Source: an uncultured Microbacterium sp. (GTDB taxonomy: Bacteria > Actinomycetota > Actinomycetes > Actinomycetales > Microbacteriaceae). Taken from it: 64,000 nucleotides of DNA. This document shows, in pieces, positions 20,941 to 31,206 of this stretch. The stretch lies in NCBI GenBank assembly GCA_964616805.1, contig CAZTUC010000014.1, positions 2,718 through 66,717 of the forward strand, in the 5' to 3' direction. Position numbers and translations under genes: made by a program. The notes under the pieces are model-generated. The model was not told the DNA's origin. It did no database searches and saw only the letters and a program-made list of their open reading frames with translations. Every line of letters starts with the position of its first letter. Position 1 is the stretch's first letter.

Positions 20941-21032
20941 GGGTTGCTCCTTAAGGTGAGAAATCTTGCGATGCTTAGCCTAGCGGCACGGGAGACATCG
21001 GTTCCACTAAATCATAGTGTGTAGCGAACTGA

Positions 21033-21329
21033 CTAAATCATGAACGAGCGCGCGATCGACATCAGGATCAGCACGATGAAGAACACAATGCTGTACGCCA
21101 CATCAATTCCGATGCTGCCGACACGCACGGGCGGCAACACTTTTCGCAGTGTTCGAAGCGGCGGATCGGTGACCGTATATGCGGCCTCAGCAACCATCAA
21201 GACGAAACCTTTGGGTCGCCAATCGCGCTTGAACAGGCGAATGTAATCAAACACAAGTCGCGCAATCATGGCGACCATGAACGCGAAGAAAACCCAATAG
21301 GCGGCTGTCGCGAGAAGAGTTACGAACAC
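21033..21329 (-). CDS. YggT family membrane protein
   Basis: YTVTDPPLRTLRKVLPP motif; position after sepF. Confidence 0.85.
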   Translation of the reverse strand: MFVTLLATAAYWVFFAFMVAMIARLVFDYIRLFKRDWRPKGFVLMVAEAAYTVTDPPLRTLRKVLPPVRVGSIGIDVAYSIVFFIVLILMSIARSFMI

Positions 21330-21340
21330 AATTGACGAGT

Positions 21341-21814
21341 TTAGTGGTCTGCGAAGCCCGCGACATCCGCTGCGGCAACCGCAGGTACGTCGCTGTGCCC
21401 CGAAATCACAACACTCTCGGGTGACAGCAAGAAGACCTTGCTCGTCACTCGCTCAATCTTGCCGTACAGTCCCATTGCCAAACCACTCGCGAAATCGATC
21501 AGGCGCCGACCTTCGCCATCGCTCATTTGCGACAGGTTGATGATCACTGGCAGTCCCTCACGGAAGCCTTCGGCGATGATCTGTGCATCCTTGTACTGCT
21601 TTGGGTGCACCGTCAGGATTTCGTTCACAGCAGTAGCCGCGCTTTCTCGTACAGCGGTCGGGCGACGAAGTGGCGTTACCGTTCCGGTGGGTTCGTTTGC
21701 GTATGACGCATCGTCGCGCCATTCGCGCTCTGCGGGTGCCGACGGGGTCTCGTAGTTGTCGGCTTCTTCAGCGAGGCCGAGGTAAACCATCGACTTCTTC
21801 AGCATGTTCGCCAT
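21341..21814 (-). CDS. sepF: Cell division protein SepF
   Basis: [10 protein letters not shown]-terminal helix; [11 protein letters not shown]...[10 protein letters not shown]. Confidence 0.92.
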   Translation of the reverse strand: MANMLKKSMVYLGLAEEADNYETPSAPAEREWRDDASYANEPTGTVTPLRRPTAVRESAATAVNEILTVHPKQYKDAQIIAEGFREGLPVIINLSQMSDGEGRRLIDFASGLAMGLYGKIERVTSKVFLLSPESVVISGHSDVPAVAAADVAGFADH

Positions 21815-21854
21815 GAGGCTCTCCCGGGGTTTCGTGCGGTGGATTGGTTTCAGG

Positions 21855-22541
21855 CTACGCCGCAACCGGGCGCGCACCCGTGATTGCAGAGCCGATTCGT
21901 AGGTGTGTCGCGCCAGCTTCGACCGCGAATTTGAAGTCTTGTGACATTCCGGCAGAGATTGCGGTTGCTTCTGGAGCGAGCAAGCGCACGCGTTCGGATG
22001 CTGCACGCACGCGCGCAAATGCCGCTGCGGGTTCTTCATCGAGTGGCGCGACTGCCATCACACCCCGGAGCTTGAGCGCGTCGAGGCCCAGCACCACTTC
22101 AACGAGTGCTTCCAGATCAGCATCATTGACTCCCCCGCGTTCGGGGTTATCGGTGAGGTTGAGCTGTACGAAGACCTCAAGGGGCGTTTCGCGTTCGTTG
22201 CTTGCGGCACGCTCGAGGGCAAACGCGAGCTTATCGCGATCGACGCAGTGGACAACATCCGCGGCGCGCACGATGTGACCGGCTTTATTCGTTTGCGCTT
22301 GGCCGATGTAGTGCCAGGTTGCTGCTGGCACGACCGCTTCGCCAACCTTGGCCGTGAGTTCTTGCTGACGATTCTCGCCAAAATCCCGCACGCCAAGCGC
22401 GTACAGCTGCTCGATGAGCGAAACGGGGTGAAACTTCGTCACGACAATCGTCGTGAGTTCTTCGGGCGAGCGCCCGACGGCGTGCGCGGCTGCAGTTATC
22501 TCAGCGCGCACGCTATCAAGGCGACTCTGGAGTGAACTCAC
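21855..22541 (-). CDS. YggS family PLP homeostasis protein
   Basis: [15 protein letters not shown] and SAGMSQD motifs; GTG overlaps the ftsZ stop. Confidence 0.92.
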   Translation of the reverse strand: MSSLQSRLDSVRAEITAAAHAVGRSPEELTTIVVTKFHPVSLIEQLYALGVRDFGENRQQELTAKVGEAVVPAATWHYIGQAQTNKAGHIVRAADVVHCVDRDKLAFALERAASNERETPLEVFVQLNLTDNPERGGVNDADLEALVEVVLGLDALKLRGVMAVAPLDEEPAAAFARVRAASERVRLLAPEATAISAGMSQDFKFAVEAGATHLRIGSAITGARPVAA

Positions 22542-23665
22542 CGCAAGAAATCGGGGATGTCAAGCCCAGCGTCGAACGCCTCAGGGGCACCGGTTGCCGA
22601 AACGAAGACTGCCTCATCTTCCACCGGACCGGTGTCAGACGCGTAGCTCGCGGCGATCGGCTCGATCGGTGCTGAATCGCCGGTGCGAGCCACGAGCGGT
22701 TCGAGACGTGCATGCGGCTGACCGCTGTCGAAACCTGCAGCAATAACCGTGACGCGCACTTCGTCGCCGAGTGAGTCGTCGATGACGGTTCCAAAAATGA
22801 TGTTCGCTTCGGCGTGCGCTGCTTCTTTTACAAGCGTTGCTGCGTCGTTAATCTCGAAGATACCGAGGTTTGAGCCACCCTGAATCGAAAGCAGCACACC
22901 GTGCGCGCCCTCGATGCTTGCTTCGAGCAGCGGCGATTCAACCGCGAGCTCAGCTGCCTTAATGGCGCGGTCAGCACCCCGTGCCGAACCGATACCCATG
23001 AGCGCTGAACCGGCACCCTGCAAGACCGACTTAACGTCAGCGAAGTCGAGGTTGATGAGGCCGGGGGTCGTGATGAGGTCGGTAATGCCTTGCACACCGG
23101 CAAGCAGCACCTGGTCAGCAGTTGCGAAAGCTTCAATCATTGAGATGCCGCGGTCGCTAATTTCGAGCAGTCGGTCGTTGGGCACGACGATGAGTGTGTC
23201 GACTTCTTCTTTGAGTTTTGTAACACCCTCGTCAGCCTGAACTTGACGACGGCGTCCCTCAAACGAGAACGGCCGGGTCACGACACCGATTGTCAATGCG
23301 CCAATTGCCTTCGAGATACGAGCAACGACAGGAGCGCCACCGGTGCCGGTGCCACCACCCTCGCCCGCGGTGACGAAGACCATATCGGCGCCTGCGAGCG
23401 CCTGCTCAATTTCATCAGCGTGATCTTCGGCTGCCTGGCGGCCAACCTCGGGGTTCGCGCCAGCGCCAAGCCCGCGGGTCAGTTCACGTCCGACATCGAG
23501 TTTTACATCGGCATCCGATTGTACGAGGGCTTGCGCGTCGGTGTTGATCGCGATGAATTCAACACCCTTCAAGCCGAGCTCGATCATGCGGTTGACTGCG
23601 TTGACGCCGCCGCCGCCGACACCGACAACCTTGATGAGCGCTGGGTAGTGCGGGTTGTGGTTCAT
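22538..23665 (-). CDS. ftsZ: Cell division protein FtsZ
   Basis: [24 protein letters not shown] and C-terminal DIPDFLR; ATG after GGAGG. Confidence 0.98.
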   Translation of the reverse strand: MNHNPHYPALIKVVGVGGGGVNAVNRMIELGLKGVEFIAINTDAQALVQSDADVKLDVGRELTRGLGAGANPEVGRQAAEDHADEIEQALAGADMVFVTAGEGGGTGTGGAPVVARISKAIGALTIGVVTRPFSFEGRRRQVQADEGVTKLKEEVDTLIVVPNDRLLEISDRGISMIEAFATADQVLLAGVQGITDLITTPGLINLDFADVKSVLQGAGSALMGIGSARGADRAIKAAELAVESPLLEASIEGAHGVLLSIQGGSNLGIFEINDAATLVKEAAHAEANIIFGTVIDDSLGDEVRVTVIAAGFDSGQPHARLEPLVARTGDSAPIEPIAASYASDTGPVEDEAVFVSATGAPEAFDAGLDIPDFLR

Positions 23666-23711
23666 GCGTTCCTCCGGTTTGGCATTGAACTCGAATTTGT
23701 TTTCAATTTGC

Positions 23712-23744
23712 AAACCCTAAAGTTAAACTTGAAGTTTAGAGTTT
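23712..23744. promoter_or_regulatory. Palindromic operator upstream of ftsZ (putative FtsR/MerR site)
   Basis: AAACCCTAAAGTT-N7-AAGTTTAGAGTTT; 11 of 13 arm positions are complementary; AT-rich within a GC-rich window. Confidence 0.55.
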
Positions 23745-23811
23745 TTGCGAATTGTCATATTTGCTATTTCGAAGGTAAATGCGTACGACAAATTGCCCCG
23801 CTATTTGTTGG

Positions 23812-23819
23812 GCGTGTCG
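23812..23819 (-). promoter_or_regulatory. cGACACGc WhiA/WhiB-type motif upstream of ftsZ
   Basis: Minus strand CGACACGC in the ftsQ-ftsZ spacer. Confidence 0.4.
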
Positions 23820-23831
23820 CGAGCGAAGTGA

Positions 23832-24833
23832 CTAGCCGACGACTGGAACGTCGGGAGCGGAGACATCAAACCACGTCGCTCCCGGATTTGCTGCCATGAG
23901 CTGGTCAAGGACGATCCCTTTCAATGCAGACTCGTCGCCACTGCCCCACATGATTCCAATGCCGCTACTGAGGCGCACAATTGTGTCGTCGCCTGTCGAT
24001 CCGGTGACCTCAATCGCGAGGGCACGTAGCCCGTCGGACAGCGCCCGAAGGGCGTGGCCAGCGGCTTCAAACGCACGCGGAGATGCTTGCGCGTCAATGT
24101 CGATCAACGGCAAGTCCGACGGAATCTCGGCGACGTTCGACAAGACAACACCGGCTGCGTCAATGAGTGCATAGCCCCCACCTGCGCGCACGACACCGAT
24201 TGGCGAACGCTGCACAACGCGCACAAGCAAATCGTGTGGTGGGCGCGCTTCTACCTGGTAGGTCTCAACGAGCGGAAACGTCTCAACCGTTTCGCGCACG
24301 GAGTCGAAGTCAACGAGTGCCAACGGCGTGCCAACGTGCTGCTGCAGCGCATTGCTCATTTGTGCGGAGAGTACGTCGTCGGCACCAACGATAACAACTT
24401 GGCGCACAGCGAACAGCGGACTAAATGCAATTGCAACAATTCCCGCGATAAGTGCGAGCACACCAGTTATGACGCCGATCCGAACCCAGCGCTTATGCCG
24501 CGAGCGAGCAGTGAACCGGCGCGCCTGTTCCCGCTGCGCTCGTTTCCGTGCACGCGTTGCCCGATAGACATCGCGAGCGGTGACGGGCTGCTCGTCTGCA
24601 GACTCAGGATCGGGCTCGACATCGGATGCCGCACCCGCACGCTCACCCAGGTCAAGTGGTTCGGTCGGATGCGCATCGAGGTCTGCAACAATTGCCTTGC
24701 CGTCAAGCGGCTCAATTGGAACGGTCGCAGCCTCGGCTACGGAATCAACAACAACCGGCTCAAGCTCCTCGACAGCGAGCGGCTCGGATGCTTGCTCACG
24801 CGGTTGTTGGTGCGGAACCGAAGGTCGCCGCAC
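23832..24833 (-). CDS. ftsQ: Cell division protein FtsQ
   Basis: Cytoplasmic N-terminus, one TM, POTRA-like region (SPLFAVRQVVIVG); position between murC and ftsZ. Confidence 0.88.
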   Translation of the reverse strand: MRRPSVPHQQPREQASEPLAVEELEPVVVDSVAEAATVPIEPLDGKAIVADLDAHPTEPLDLGERAGAASDVEPDPESADEQPVTARDVYRATRARKRAQREQARRFTARSRHKRWVRIGVITGVLALIAGIVAIAFSPLFAVRQVVIVGADDVLSAQMSNALQQHVGTPLALVDFDSVRETVETFPLVETYQVEARPPHDLLVRVVQRSPIGVVRAGGGYALIDAAGVVLSNVAEIPSDLPLIDIDAQASPRAFEAAGHALRALSDGLRALAIEVTGSTGDDTIVRLSSGIGIMWGSGDESALKGIVLDQLMAANPGATWFDVSAPDVPVVG

Positions 24834-24835
24834 GT

Positions 24836-26251
24836 TTAATCCTGCGCGGCAGCAAGGGCGGCCAGTACTTGCGGAATGATCAAGTGCACGTTGCCGCAGC
24901 CGAGGGTGATGATGTAGTCACCCTCACGCGCAACACGAGCGACAGCCTCCGCCGCGAGTTGCCAATCCGCCTCGTACGTGACATTTTTGGCGTCTGCAAA
25001 CGCAGAGCTGACAAGCTCGCCAGTGACCCCCGGGACCGGGTCTTCACGCGCACCGTACACATCAAGCACAACCGTGTGGTCAGCGGTTTCTTCGAGCACT
25101 TCGGCAAATTCACGTGCCATATGTTGCGTGCGCGAATACGTGTGCGGTTGGTGCAGCGCAATAATACGACCGTTGCCGATCACCGTGCGGGCAGCTTCAA
25201 GTGCAGCGCGAACCTCGGTCGGATGGTGCGCATAGTCGTCGTAGACGCTGACACCGCGTTGGCTTCCGTGCAGTTCAAAGCGCCGCACGGTTCCAGCAAA
25301 GCCAGTAACGGCCCGAGCCGCGTCTGCGAGCTCGTATCCGAGCGCAAGCAAGACCGCAATTGCACCCGTTGCGTTGATCGCGTTGTGCACACCGGCGACA
25401 CCGAGGCGCACATCGACCGATGACACGTCATGCGTGACAGTGAACGACAGATCGGCCGCGCCGTCCTTACCTTCGGCTGCGATGTTTGAAACGCGCACCG
25501 CGGCATCCGCTGCCTCGCCAAATGACATGACGTTCGGATGCGACAGGCGGTTGAGAACAGCGACCGCACCGGGGTCATCACTCGAAATGACAACGGCTTG
25601 GCTTGCGTCGTCGGCGAATTTCACAAAAGCGTCTTCGAACGCTTCGCGCGAACCGTAGTGATCAAGATGATCGGGGTCGACATTGGTGATGAGCGCAACG
25701 GCGGTGTCGTAAATCAAAAACGAGCCATCGGATTCGTCGGCTTCGATCACGAAGTCATTGCCGCTCCCGCTGCCGCTCGAGATGCCAAGACCTGCGATAA
25801 CGCCACCGTTGACGAAGTTCGGGTCGGCACCGAGTTGTTTGAGTGCGGTGACAACCATGCCCGTCGAGGTGGTCTTGCCGTGCGCGCCAGCAATCGCGAC
25901 GACACGCTTGCCCTTTGTGAGCCAGTGCAACGCTTGCGAGCGGTGAATAACCGGAATGCCGCGCTCTTTCGCAAGCAGGTATTCCGGGTTTTCGGGCCAG
26001 ATCGCGGTTGTGTGCACGAGCACGTCAACATCATCGGCGAGGTTGTTGGCGTCGTGGCCAACAAACGTTTCGGCTCCGGCTGCCGCAAGGGTTTGCAGAG
26101 TTGCACTGTCGGAGCGGTCGCTACCGCTCACACGAACACCGGAGTCGAGGAACATTTGCGCGATACCGCTCATGCCCGAACCACCAATACCGACGAAGTG
26201 CGCCTTGGTGATTGTTTCGGGAACGGGCAGGGAAAGATCTGGTCTCAGCAT
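24836..26251 (-). CDS. murC: UDP-N-acetylmuramate--amino acid ligase
   Basis: [27 protein letters not shown] and DDYAHHPTE. Confidence 0.96.
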   Translation of the reverse strand: MLRPDLSLPVPETITKAHFVGIGGSGMSGIAQMFLDSGVRVSGSDRSDSATLQTLAAAGAETFVGHDANNLADDVDVLVHTTAIWPENPEYLLAKERGIPVIHRSQALHWLTKGKRVVAIAGAHGKTTSTGMVVTALKQLGADPNFVNGGVIAGLGISSGSGSGNDFVIEADESDGSFLIYDTAVALITNVDPDHLDHYGSREAFEDAFVKFADDASQAVVISSDDPGAVAVLNRLSHPNVMSFGEAADAAVRVSNIAAEGKDGAADLSFTVTHDVSSVDVRLGVAGVHNAINATGAIAVLLALGYELADAARAVTGFAGTVRRFELHGSQRGVSVYDDYAHHPTEVRAALEAARTVIGNGRIIALHQPHTYSRTQHMAREFAEVLEETADHTVVLDVYGAREDPVPGVTGELVSSAFADAKNVTYEADWQLAAEAVARVAREGDYIITLGCGNVHLIIPQVLAALAAAQD

Positions 26252-26258
26252 GACCTTC

Positions 26259-27356
26259 TCATTCTAGTTCGCGAGGTGTGGTTTTCAGTGCTGCGTCGAC
26301 CATTGCCAGAACATTGTCAGAGCCGGCGAGTGTTCCTGTTGTCGCGGCGGCGGCCGCCATGCGCTCACGCGCGGCAGCATCCGACAACAGCGGAATGATC
26401 TGCTCGCGAACGCTTTCGCGGCTGAGGTCGGCGTCGGAAATCAAGATCGCTCCCCCGGCATCGACAACACCCTGGGCGTTCAGGCGCTGCTCGCCATTCC
26501 CGACCGCGTAGGGCACGTACACAGCCGGGATGCCGAGCGCGCTGAGCTCGCTGACGGTTGCCGAACCAGAACGACACACAACGAGATCAGCAAGCGCGTA
26601 GGCGAGTTCCATCCGATCAATGTAGGGCACAACAACACGACCAGGCGCCGGAGTTTGGTCGACATCATCGACGTTGCCACCACCGATCGCATGCAACACT
26701 TGCCAGCCTTCCGCGACAACATCGGGCCACGCAACCGAGAAGACCTCGTTGAGCTTGCGTGCCCCCAGTGAGCCACCAAAAACCAGCAAGACGGGTCGGT
26801 CAGCGTCAAGCCCGAAGTGGGCAGCGGCTTCCGAGCGCCGACCAGCACGGTCAAGCGTCGTCAGTTCAGCACGAAGCGGCATGCCCACAACCGTGCTCCC
26901 CGCAAGCTTGGTTCCTGGGAAGACAACCCCGACACCGGCCGCATTTCGCGCGCCCAGAATGTTTGCGAGACCAGCTTTCGCGTTGGCTTCATGCACGACA
27001 TACGGCACGTTTTCTTTGCGCGCAGCAACATATGCGGGCGTCGCCGCGTAACCACCAAAGCCAATAACCGCATCGACACCACGCGCGCGGATCAGCTCAC
27101 GTGTCTGCTTGACCGCCCCGCTGAACTTGCCGGGAAACTCCAGTGCCGCCCTGTTCGGACGCCGCGGAAACGGCACTTTCGCGATCGTGACAAGCTCGTA
27201 ACCGCGCTGTGGCACAAGCCGTGATTCAAGCCCCTCAGCGGTGCCCAAAACGATGATCTCCGCGTCAGCTTCACGCTCGCCAATACGGTCGGCAACAGCC
27301 AAGAGCGGGTTCACATGCCCGGCGGTTCCCCCGCCAGCAAGCAAGTATGTGGTCAT
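26259..27356 (-). CDS. murG: Lipid II GlcNAc transferase
   Basis: [20 protein letters not shown] and EQRLNA. Confidence 0.96.
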   Translation of the reverse strand: MTTYLLAGGGTAGHVNPLLAVADRIGEREADAEIIVLGTAEGLESRLVPQRGYELVTIAKVPFPRRPNRAALEFPGKFSGAVKQTRELIRARGVDAVIGFGGYAATPAYVAARKENVPYVVHEANAKAGLANILGARNAAGVGVVFPGTKLAGSTVVGMPLRAELTTLDRAGRRSEAAAHFGLDADRPVLLVFGGSLGARKLNEVFSVAWPDVVAEGWQVLHAIGGGNVDDVDQTPAPGRVVVPYIDRMELAYALADLVVCRSGSATVSELSALGIPAVYVPYAVGNGEQRLNAQGVVDAGGAILISDADLSRESVREQIIPLLSDAAARERMAAAAATTGTLAGSDNVLAMVDAALKTTPRELE

Positions 27357-27365
27357 CCGACCAGT

Positions 27366-28580
27366 CTATTTCGCCACGCGCGGCGGCAGCGTGCGCGCAA
27401 ACGACAAGACAACGCCGGTCGCAAGCAATGCTGCCAAAAGCGACGTGCCACCCTGTGACATAAACGGCAACGGCACACCGAGGCTCGGCAAAAGCTGCAA
27501 CACAACACCGATGTTGATGAGTGCTTGCCCAACAATCCACACCAGAATCGCACCCGTGGTCACGCGTGCGAACATGCTCGGATGCCGCTGGACGATCTGC
27601 AGCAGGGCAAGCGCGTAGACGACGAACAGGCCCAGCACGACGACACATCCGACGAGCCCCAACTCTTCGCCAACGATCGCGAAAATGTAATCGTTCTCAG
27701 CTTCTGGAAGCCAGCCGTACTTTTCGCGGGAATTGCCGAGCCCCTGGCCGAACACGCCACCACTTGCGAGAGCCCACAAACCGTGCAGCGGTTGCCAGCA
27801 CAGGTTCTCGTACTCTTCAAGGCACTTATCAGCGTTGGCAAAACTCAAAATGCGGCCCATGCGGTTGTCGCTCGTGAGCGCGAGCGCGGCAACCCCAAGC
27901 GCCCCGACGAGCGCGATACTGCCAAGCACACGGAGTTTGACGCCGGCGAAGAACATGGCGCCAAGCATGATGAGCGCAAGCACCATCGTGGTACCCAAGT
28001 CGCGCCCGGCCATGACCGAGAAGAAGACGAGCATCGAGACCGGCAAGGCAGGAATGAGCGCGTGCGTCACGTTGTCGAGCAGCGGGGCCTTTTTTGCGAA
28101 CGCCCAACCGAGCCACAGCGCAAACGCGAGCTTCAAGAACTCTGACGGCTGCAAGTTTTGCCCGGCGATGACAATCCAGGCCCGGTTGCCGTTTTCTTCA
28201 ACACCGATACCGGGTACGAAAACCAACATTTGCAATAGCAGACCGAGAGCGAGAAAACCCCACGCCCCCACCAAGTAGAACTTTTCGGGTAGGCGGCTCG
28301 CAATGAGCATGAGCGGAATACCGATCACCGCAACAATCGCCTGGCGCCCGGCGACGGCGAATTGTGAACCATCCTCCGGCGCAACGGCGCTCGTCGCTGA
28401 AAGCACCATCACGAGGCCCAGCACAGTCAGAATGACAGCGGTCCACGCGATGATCGAGAACTCGCGCGGCGCGGGAGTATGGTTTCGACCCAAGTGGATA
28501 CGCGCGGCAAAGCCACCACGAGTCTGATCAGCGAGCGGAGACTCTTCGGTGACAGGGTTCGGATCGTCGATCCTTGTCAT
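27366..28580 (-). CDS. ftsW: Peptidoglycan glycosyltransferase FtsW (SEDS family)
   Basis: About 10 TM; QPSEFLK, DYIFAIVGEELG and GVPLPFMSQGGTS. Confidence 0.95.
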   Translation of the reverse strand: MTRIDDPNPVTEESPLADQTRGGFAARIHLGRNHTPAPREFSIIAWTAVILTVLGLVMVLSATSAVAPEDGSQFAVAGRQAIVAVIGIPLMLIASRLPEKFYLVGAWGFLALGLLLQMLVFVPGIGVEENGNRAWIVIAGQNLQPSEFLKLAFALWLGWAFAKKAPLLDNVTHALIPALPVSMLVFFSVMAGRDLGTTMVLALIMLGAMFFAGVKLRVLGSIALVGALGVAALALTSDNRMGRILSFANADKCLEEYENLCWQPLHGLWALASGGVFGQGLGNSREKYGWLPEAENDYIFAIVGEELGLVGCVVVLGLFVVYALALLQIVQRHPSMFARVTTGAILVWIVGQALINIGVVLQLLPSLGVPLPFMSQGGTSLLAALLATGVVLSFARTLPPRVAK

Positions 28581-28592
28581 GAGTCCCCCTGT

Positions 28593-30077
28593 CTACGTAC
28601 GAGCTTTCGCGGCGGCGGCAAACTTTTCACCGCGCTCACCGTAGCTCTTGAACTGATCAAACGATGCTGCCGCCGGAGCGAGCAACACCACCCCACCCGG
28701 TGATGCTGCCACCTGTGACAGCTCGACCGCGCGAGCCATAACATCAGTTTCACCCTCGTCAACCTCGAAAACGGCGACCGCGGGCGCGTGTTGCTCAAAG
28801 GCACGAACAATCGTGGCGCGTTCAACACCAATAACAACGGCGGCACGAACCGTCGGCCCGACCTCGCGGATCAGTTCTGTGAGGTCAACGCCTTTTTGAT
28901 CGCCGCCGAGAATCCAAACCGCACCCGGAAACGCGAGAACGCTCGAGCGCGCCGCGTGCGGATTGGTTGCTTTCGAGTCGTCAATCCAAATGATCCCCGC
29001 TGCCGTCGAGACGCGTTCGATGCGGTGCCGATCGAGCCGGAATTCGTGGAGGGCCCCGCTGATGTGTTCCGGGGCGACGTTGAGCGATCGGGCCAGAGCG
29101 GATGCTGCCAGCACGTTTTCCACCATGTGCGGCGCATCAAGTCCCTGCTGGGCAAGTTCGCTGAGGGTAATGAGTTCGAGTGCGGAGTTTTGTCGATCAT
29201 CGAGAAACGCCCGGTCCACGAGGATGTCTTCAACCACCCCGAAATTGCTTCGACGAGGAATACCAAGACCAAATCCGATCGCGCGAGCTTCCTCGATAAC
29301 GTCGGCTTCTTCAACCATTTCCCGCGTCGCATCCGATTGCAGGTTGTAGACGCACGCGACTTTCGCATGGTGATACACGTGTGCTTTCGCATCGCGGTAT
29401 GCCTCAGCGGAACCGTGCCACACCAAGTGGTCGTCGTCCAGGTTGAGACACACCGCGGCATACGGCGATGGCTGGCCGGCTTCGGAGGCCTGCTGCAGGT
29501 ACCACAGCTGGTGGCTGGAAAGCTCAACTACAAGCACATCGAAACCCTGTGGATCACGCACGGCGTCGAGTACGGGAACACCGATGTTGCCGCAGGGCGC
29601 AGCACGCAGCCCGCCGTGGACGAGCATGGTTGCCGTCATCTGCGTTGTTGTTGTCTTGCCGTTGGTTCCCGTGATGAAAACCCAGTCGGCCGCGCTGCCG
29701 TCAGCGCGCAAAACCTTGTCGCGCACACGCCACGCCAGCTCGATGTCGCCCCACAGGGCAGCATCCGATTCAAGCACCCAGGAAATCACCGGATGGTGCG
29801 GCGCGAAGCCGGGAGATGCGACAACAACCTCCGGCGCGAACGCAACGAGTTCAGCTGGCACCGATTCGAGGTCGTGCACGTGCGCATTGACCCCGATTAC
29901 GTCGAGAAGTCGGGCGTCGTCGTTACTGATCGTGGGCGCAAAAAGCACGACATCCGCGCCGAGTTCGCTGAGCGTATCTGCGACTGAAAAGCCGGTAACA
30001 CCGAGGCCAAGTACGGCCACGCGTAAGCCCTTCCAGTCAGCGCGCCAACTGTCGAGCGCATCGAGGTTTCGCCCCAC
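28593..30077 (-). CDS. murD: UDP-MurNAc-dipeptide ligase MurD
   Basis: GLGVTG, ITGTNGKTTTT, ELSSHQL and DDSKATN; GTG start just after the mraY stop. Confidence 0.93.
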   Translation of the reverse strand: MGRNLDALDSWRADWKGLRVAVLGLGVTGFSVADTLSELGADVVLFAPTISNDDARLLDVIGVNAHVHDLESVPAELVAFAPEVVVASPGFAPHHPVISWVLESDAALWGDIELAWRVRDKVLRADGSAADWVFITGTNGKTTTTQMTATMLVHGGLRAAPCGNIGVPVLDAVRDPQGFDVLVVELSSHQLWYLQQASEAGQPSPYAAVCLNLDDDHLVWHGSAEAYRDAKAHVYHHAKVACVYNLQSDATREMVEEADVIEEARAIGFGLGIPRRSNFGVVEDILVDRAFLDDRQNSALELITLSELAQQGLDAPHMVENVLAASALARSLNVAPEHISGALHEFRLDRHRIERVSTAAGIIWIDDSKATNPHAARSSVLAFPGAVWILGGDQKGVDLTELIREVGPTVRAAVVIGVERATIVRAFEQHAPAVAVFEVDEGETDVMARAVELSQVAASPGGVVLLAPAAASFDQFKSYGERGEKFAAAAKART

Positions 30078-30078
30078 G

Positions 30079-31206
30079 CTACGTCCTCGCGAGCCAATCA
30101 ACGTAGAACAGGCCGATTGCCGACATCACCAGGAGCCCAGAAATAATCCAGAGGCGAATGACGATCGTGACTTCCGACCAACCGCGCATTTCCAAGTGAT
30201 GGTGGAATGGGCTGTTCAAGAACAATCGCTTGCCCCTGGTGATCTTGAAGTACAAGCGTTGCAGAATGACCGAACCGCTCGCGATGATGTAGACACCGCC
30301 CATGAGGACAAGCAGAATTTCGGTGCGAGTCAGAATCGCAAGGGCTGCGACCACGCCACCGATCGCCATTGAACCGGTATCACCCATAAAAACTTTCGCC
30401 TTCGGCGCGTTCCACCACAGGAAGCCCACAAGGCTACCGGTGAACGCGGCCGCGACAATTGCCACCCCAAACGGGTTCGTCGTTTCGTAGCACGCGTCGG
30501 CATAGCCCGGTTCGAGATGGTCACTGAAACACGTCTGCTGGTATTGCCAGAAGGCGATGAGGCTATACCCACCGACTACGAAAATGCTCGAACCAGCAAG
30601 CAAGCCATCGTTCCCGTCGAGCAGGTTCGTGCTGTTCGAGGTACCAACCCCGATGAACGAAATCCAGGCGAGGTACAGCGCCCAGCCAACAACGAGCGCG
30701 ATGCCGGCTGAGCCGAGGAAGAACAGGTTGAACTGTGGGATATCGCGAAAGAGCGAGACGTGAGTCGAAGCCGACACCTGCCCATTCGCATTGGGCACCG
30801 TCAGCGCAACAATGCCAAACGGCACGACAACCAGAATCTGGCCGACAATCTTGCGCCAGCCCGAGAGCCCGGCACTGTTTGCGCGGCGCACCTTGAGATA
30901 GTCATCGAGGAACCCGACAAACCCGAAACCAACCATCATCCACAAGACCAACAGCCCCGGAATCGTCGGACTCGTCCCACCCGTAAAGCACCCAACGAAG
31001 TAGCCAACGATCGTGCCGAGGATAAAGACGATACCCCCCATCGTGGGGGTACCGCGTTTGACGTCGTGCGCGAGTTCCGAGAAACGGCCGTCGTCGGTGC
31101 GGATGACCTGGCCCCAACCCCACTTGCGGAACAGTCGCAAGAAAATTGGTGTCAGAAAAAGTGGGAACGCCATCGAGATGGCGGCGGCAGTCAGGAGTGC
31201 TCTCAT
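30079..31206 (-). CDS. mraY: Phospho-MurNAc-pentapeptide transferase
   Basis: KRGTPTMGG, LDDYLK, NLLDGNDG, FMGDTGS and PFHHHLE. Confidence 0.96.
   Translation of the reverse strand: MRALLTAAAISMAFPLFLTPIFLRLFRKWGWGQVIRTDDGRFSELAHDVKRGTPTMGGIVFILGTIVGYFVGCFTGGTSPTIPGLLVLWMMVGFGFVGFLDDYLKVRRANSAGLSGWRKIVGQILVVVPFGIVALTVPNANGQVSASTHVSLFRDIPQFNLFFLGSAGIALVVGWALYLAWISFIGVGTSNSTNLLDGNDGLLAGSSIFVVGGYSLIAFWQYQQTCFSDHLEPGYADACYETTNPFGVAIVAAAFTGSLVGFLWWNAPKAKVFMGDTGSMAIGGVVAALAILTRTEILLVLMGGVYIIASGSVILQRLYFKITRGKRLFLNSPFHHHLEMRGWSEVTIVIRLWIISGLLVMSAIGLFYVDWLART

Noticed and set aside
28788-29987. 399-aa plus-strand ORF (and similar long ORFs at 1498-2487, 12993-14030, 19128-20204, 37502-38446 and 41185-42264)
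   Set aside because: They lie antisense to well-supported genes and have no recognisable motifs. They are shadow ORFs produced by GC-rich codon bias.
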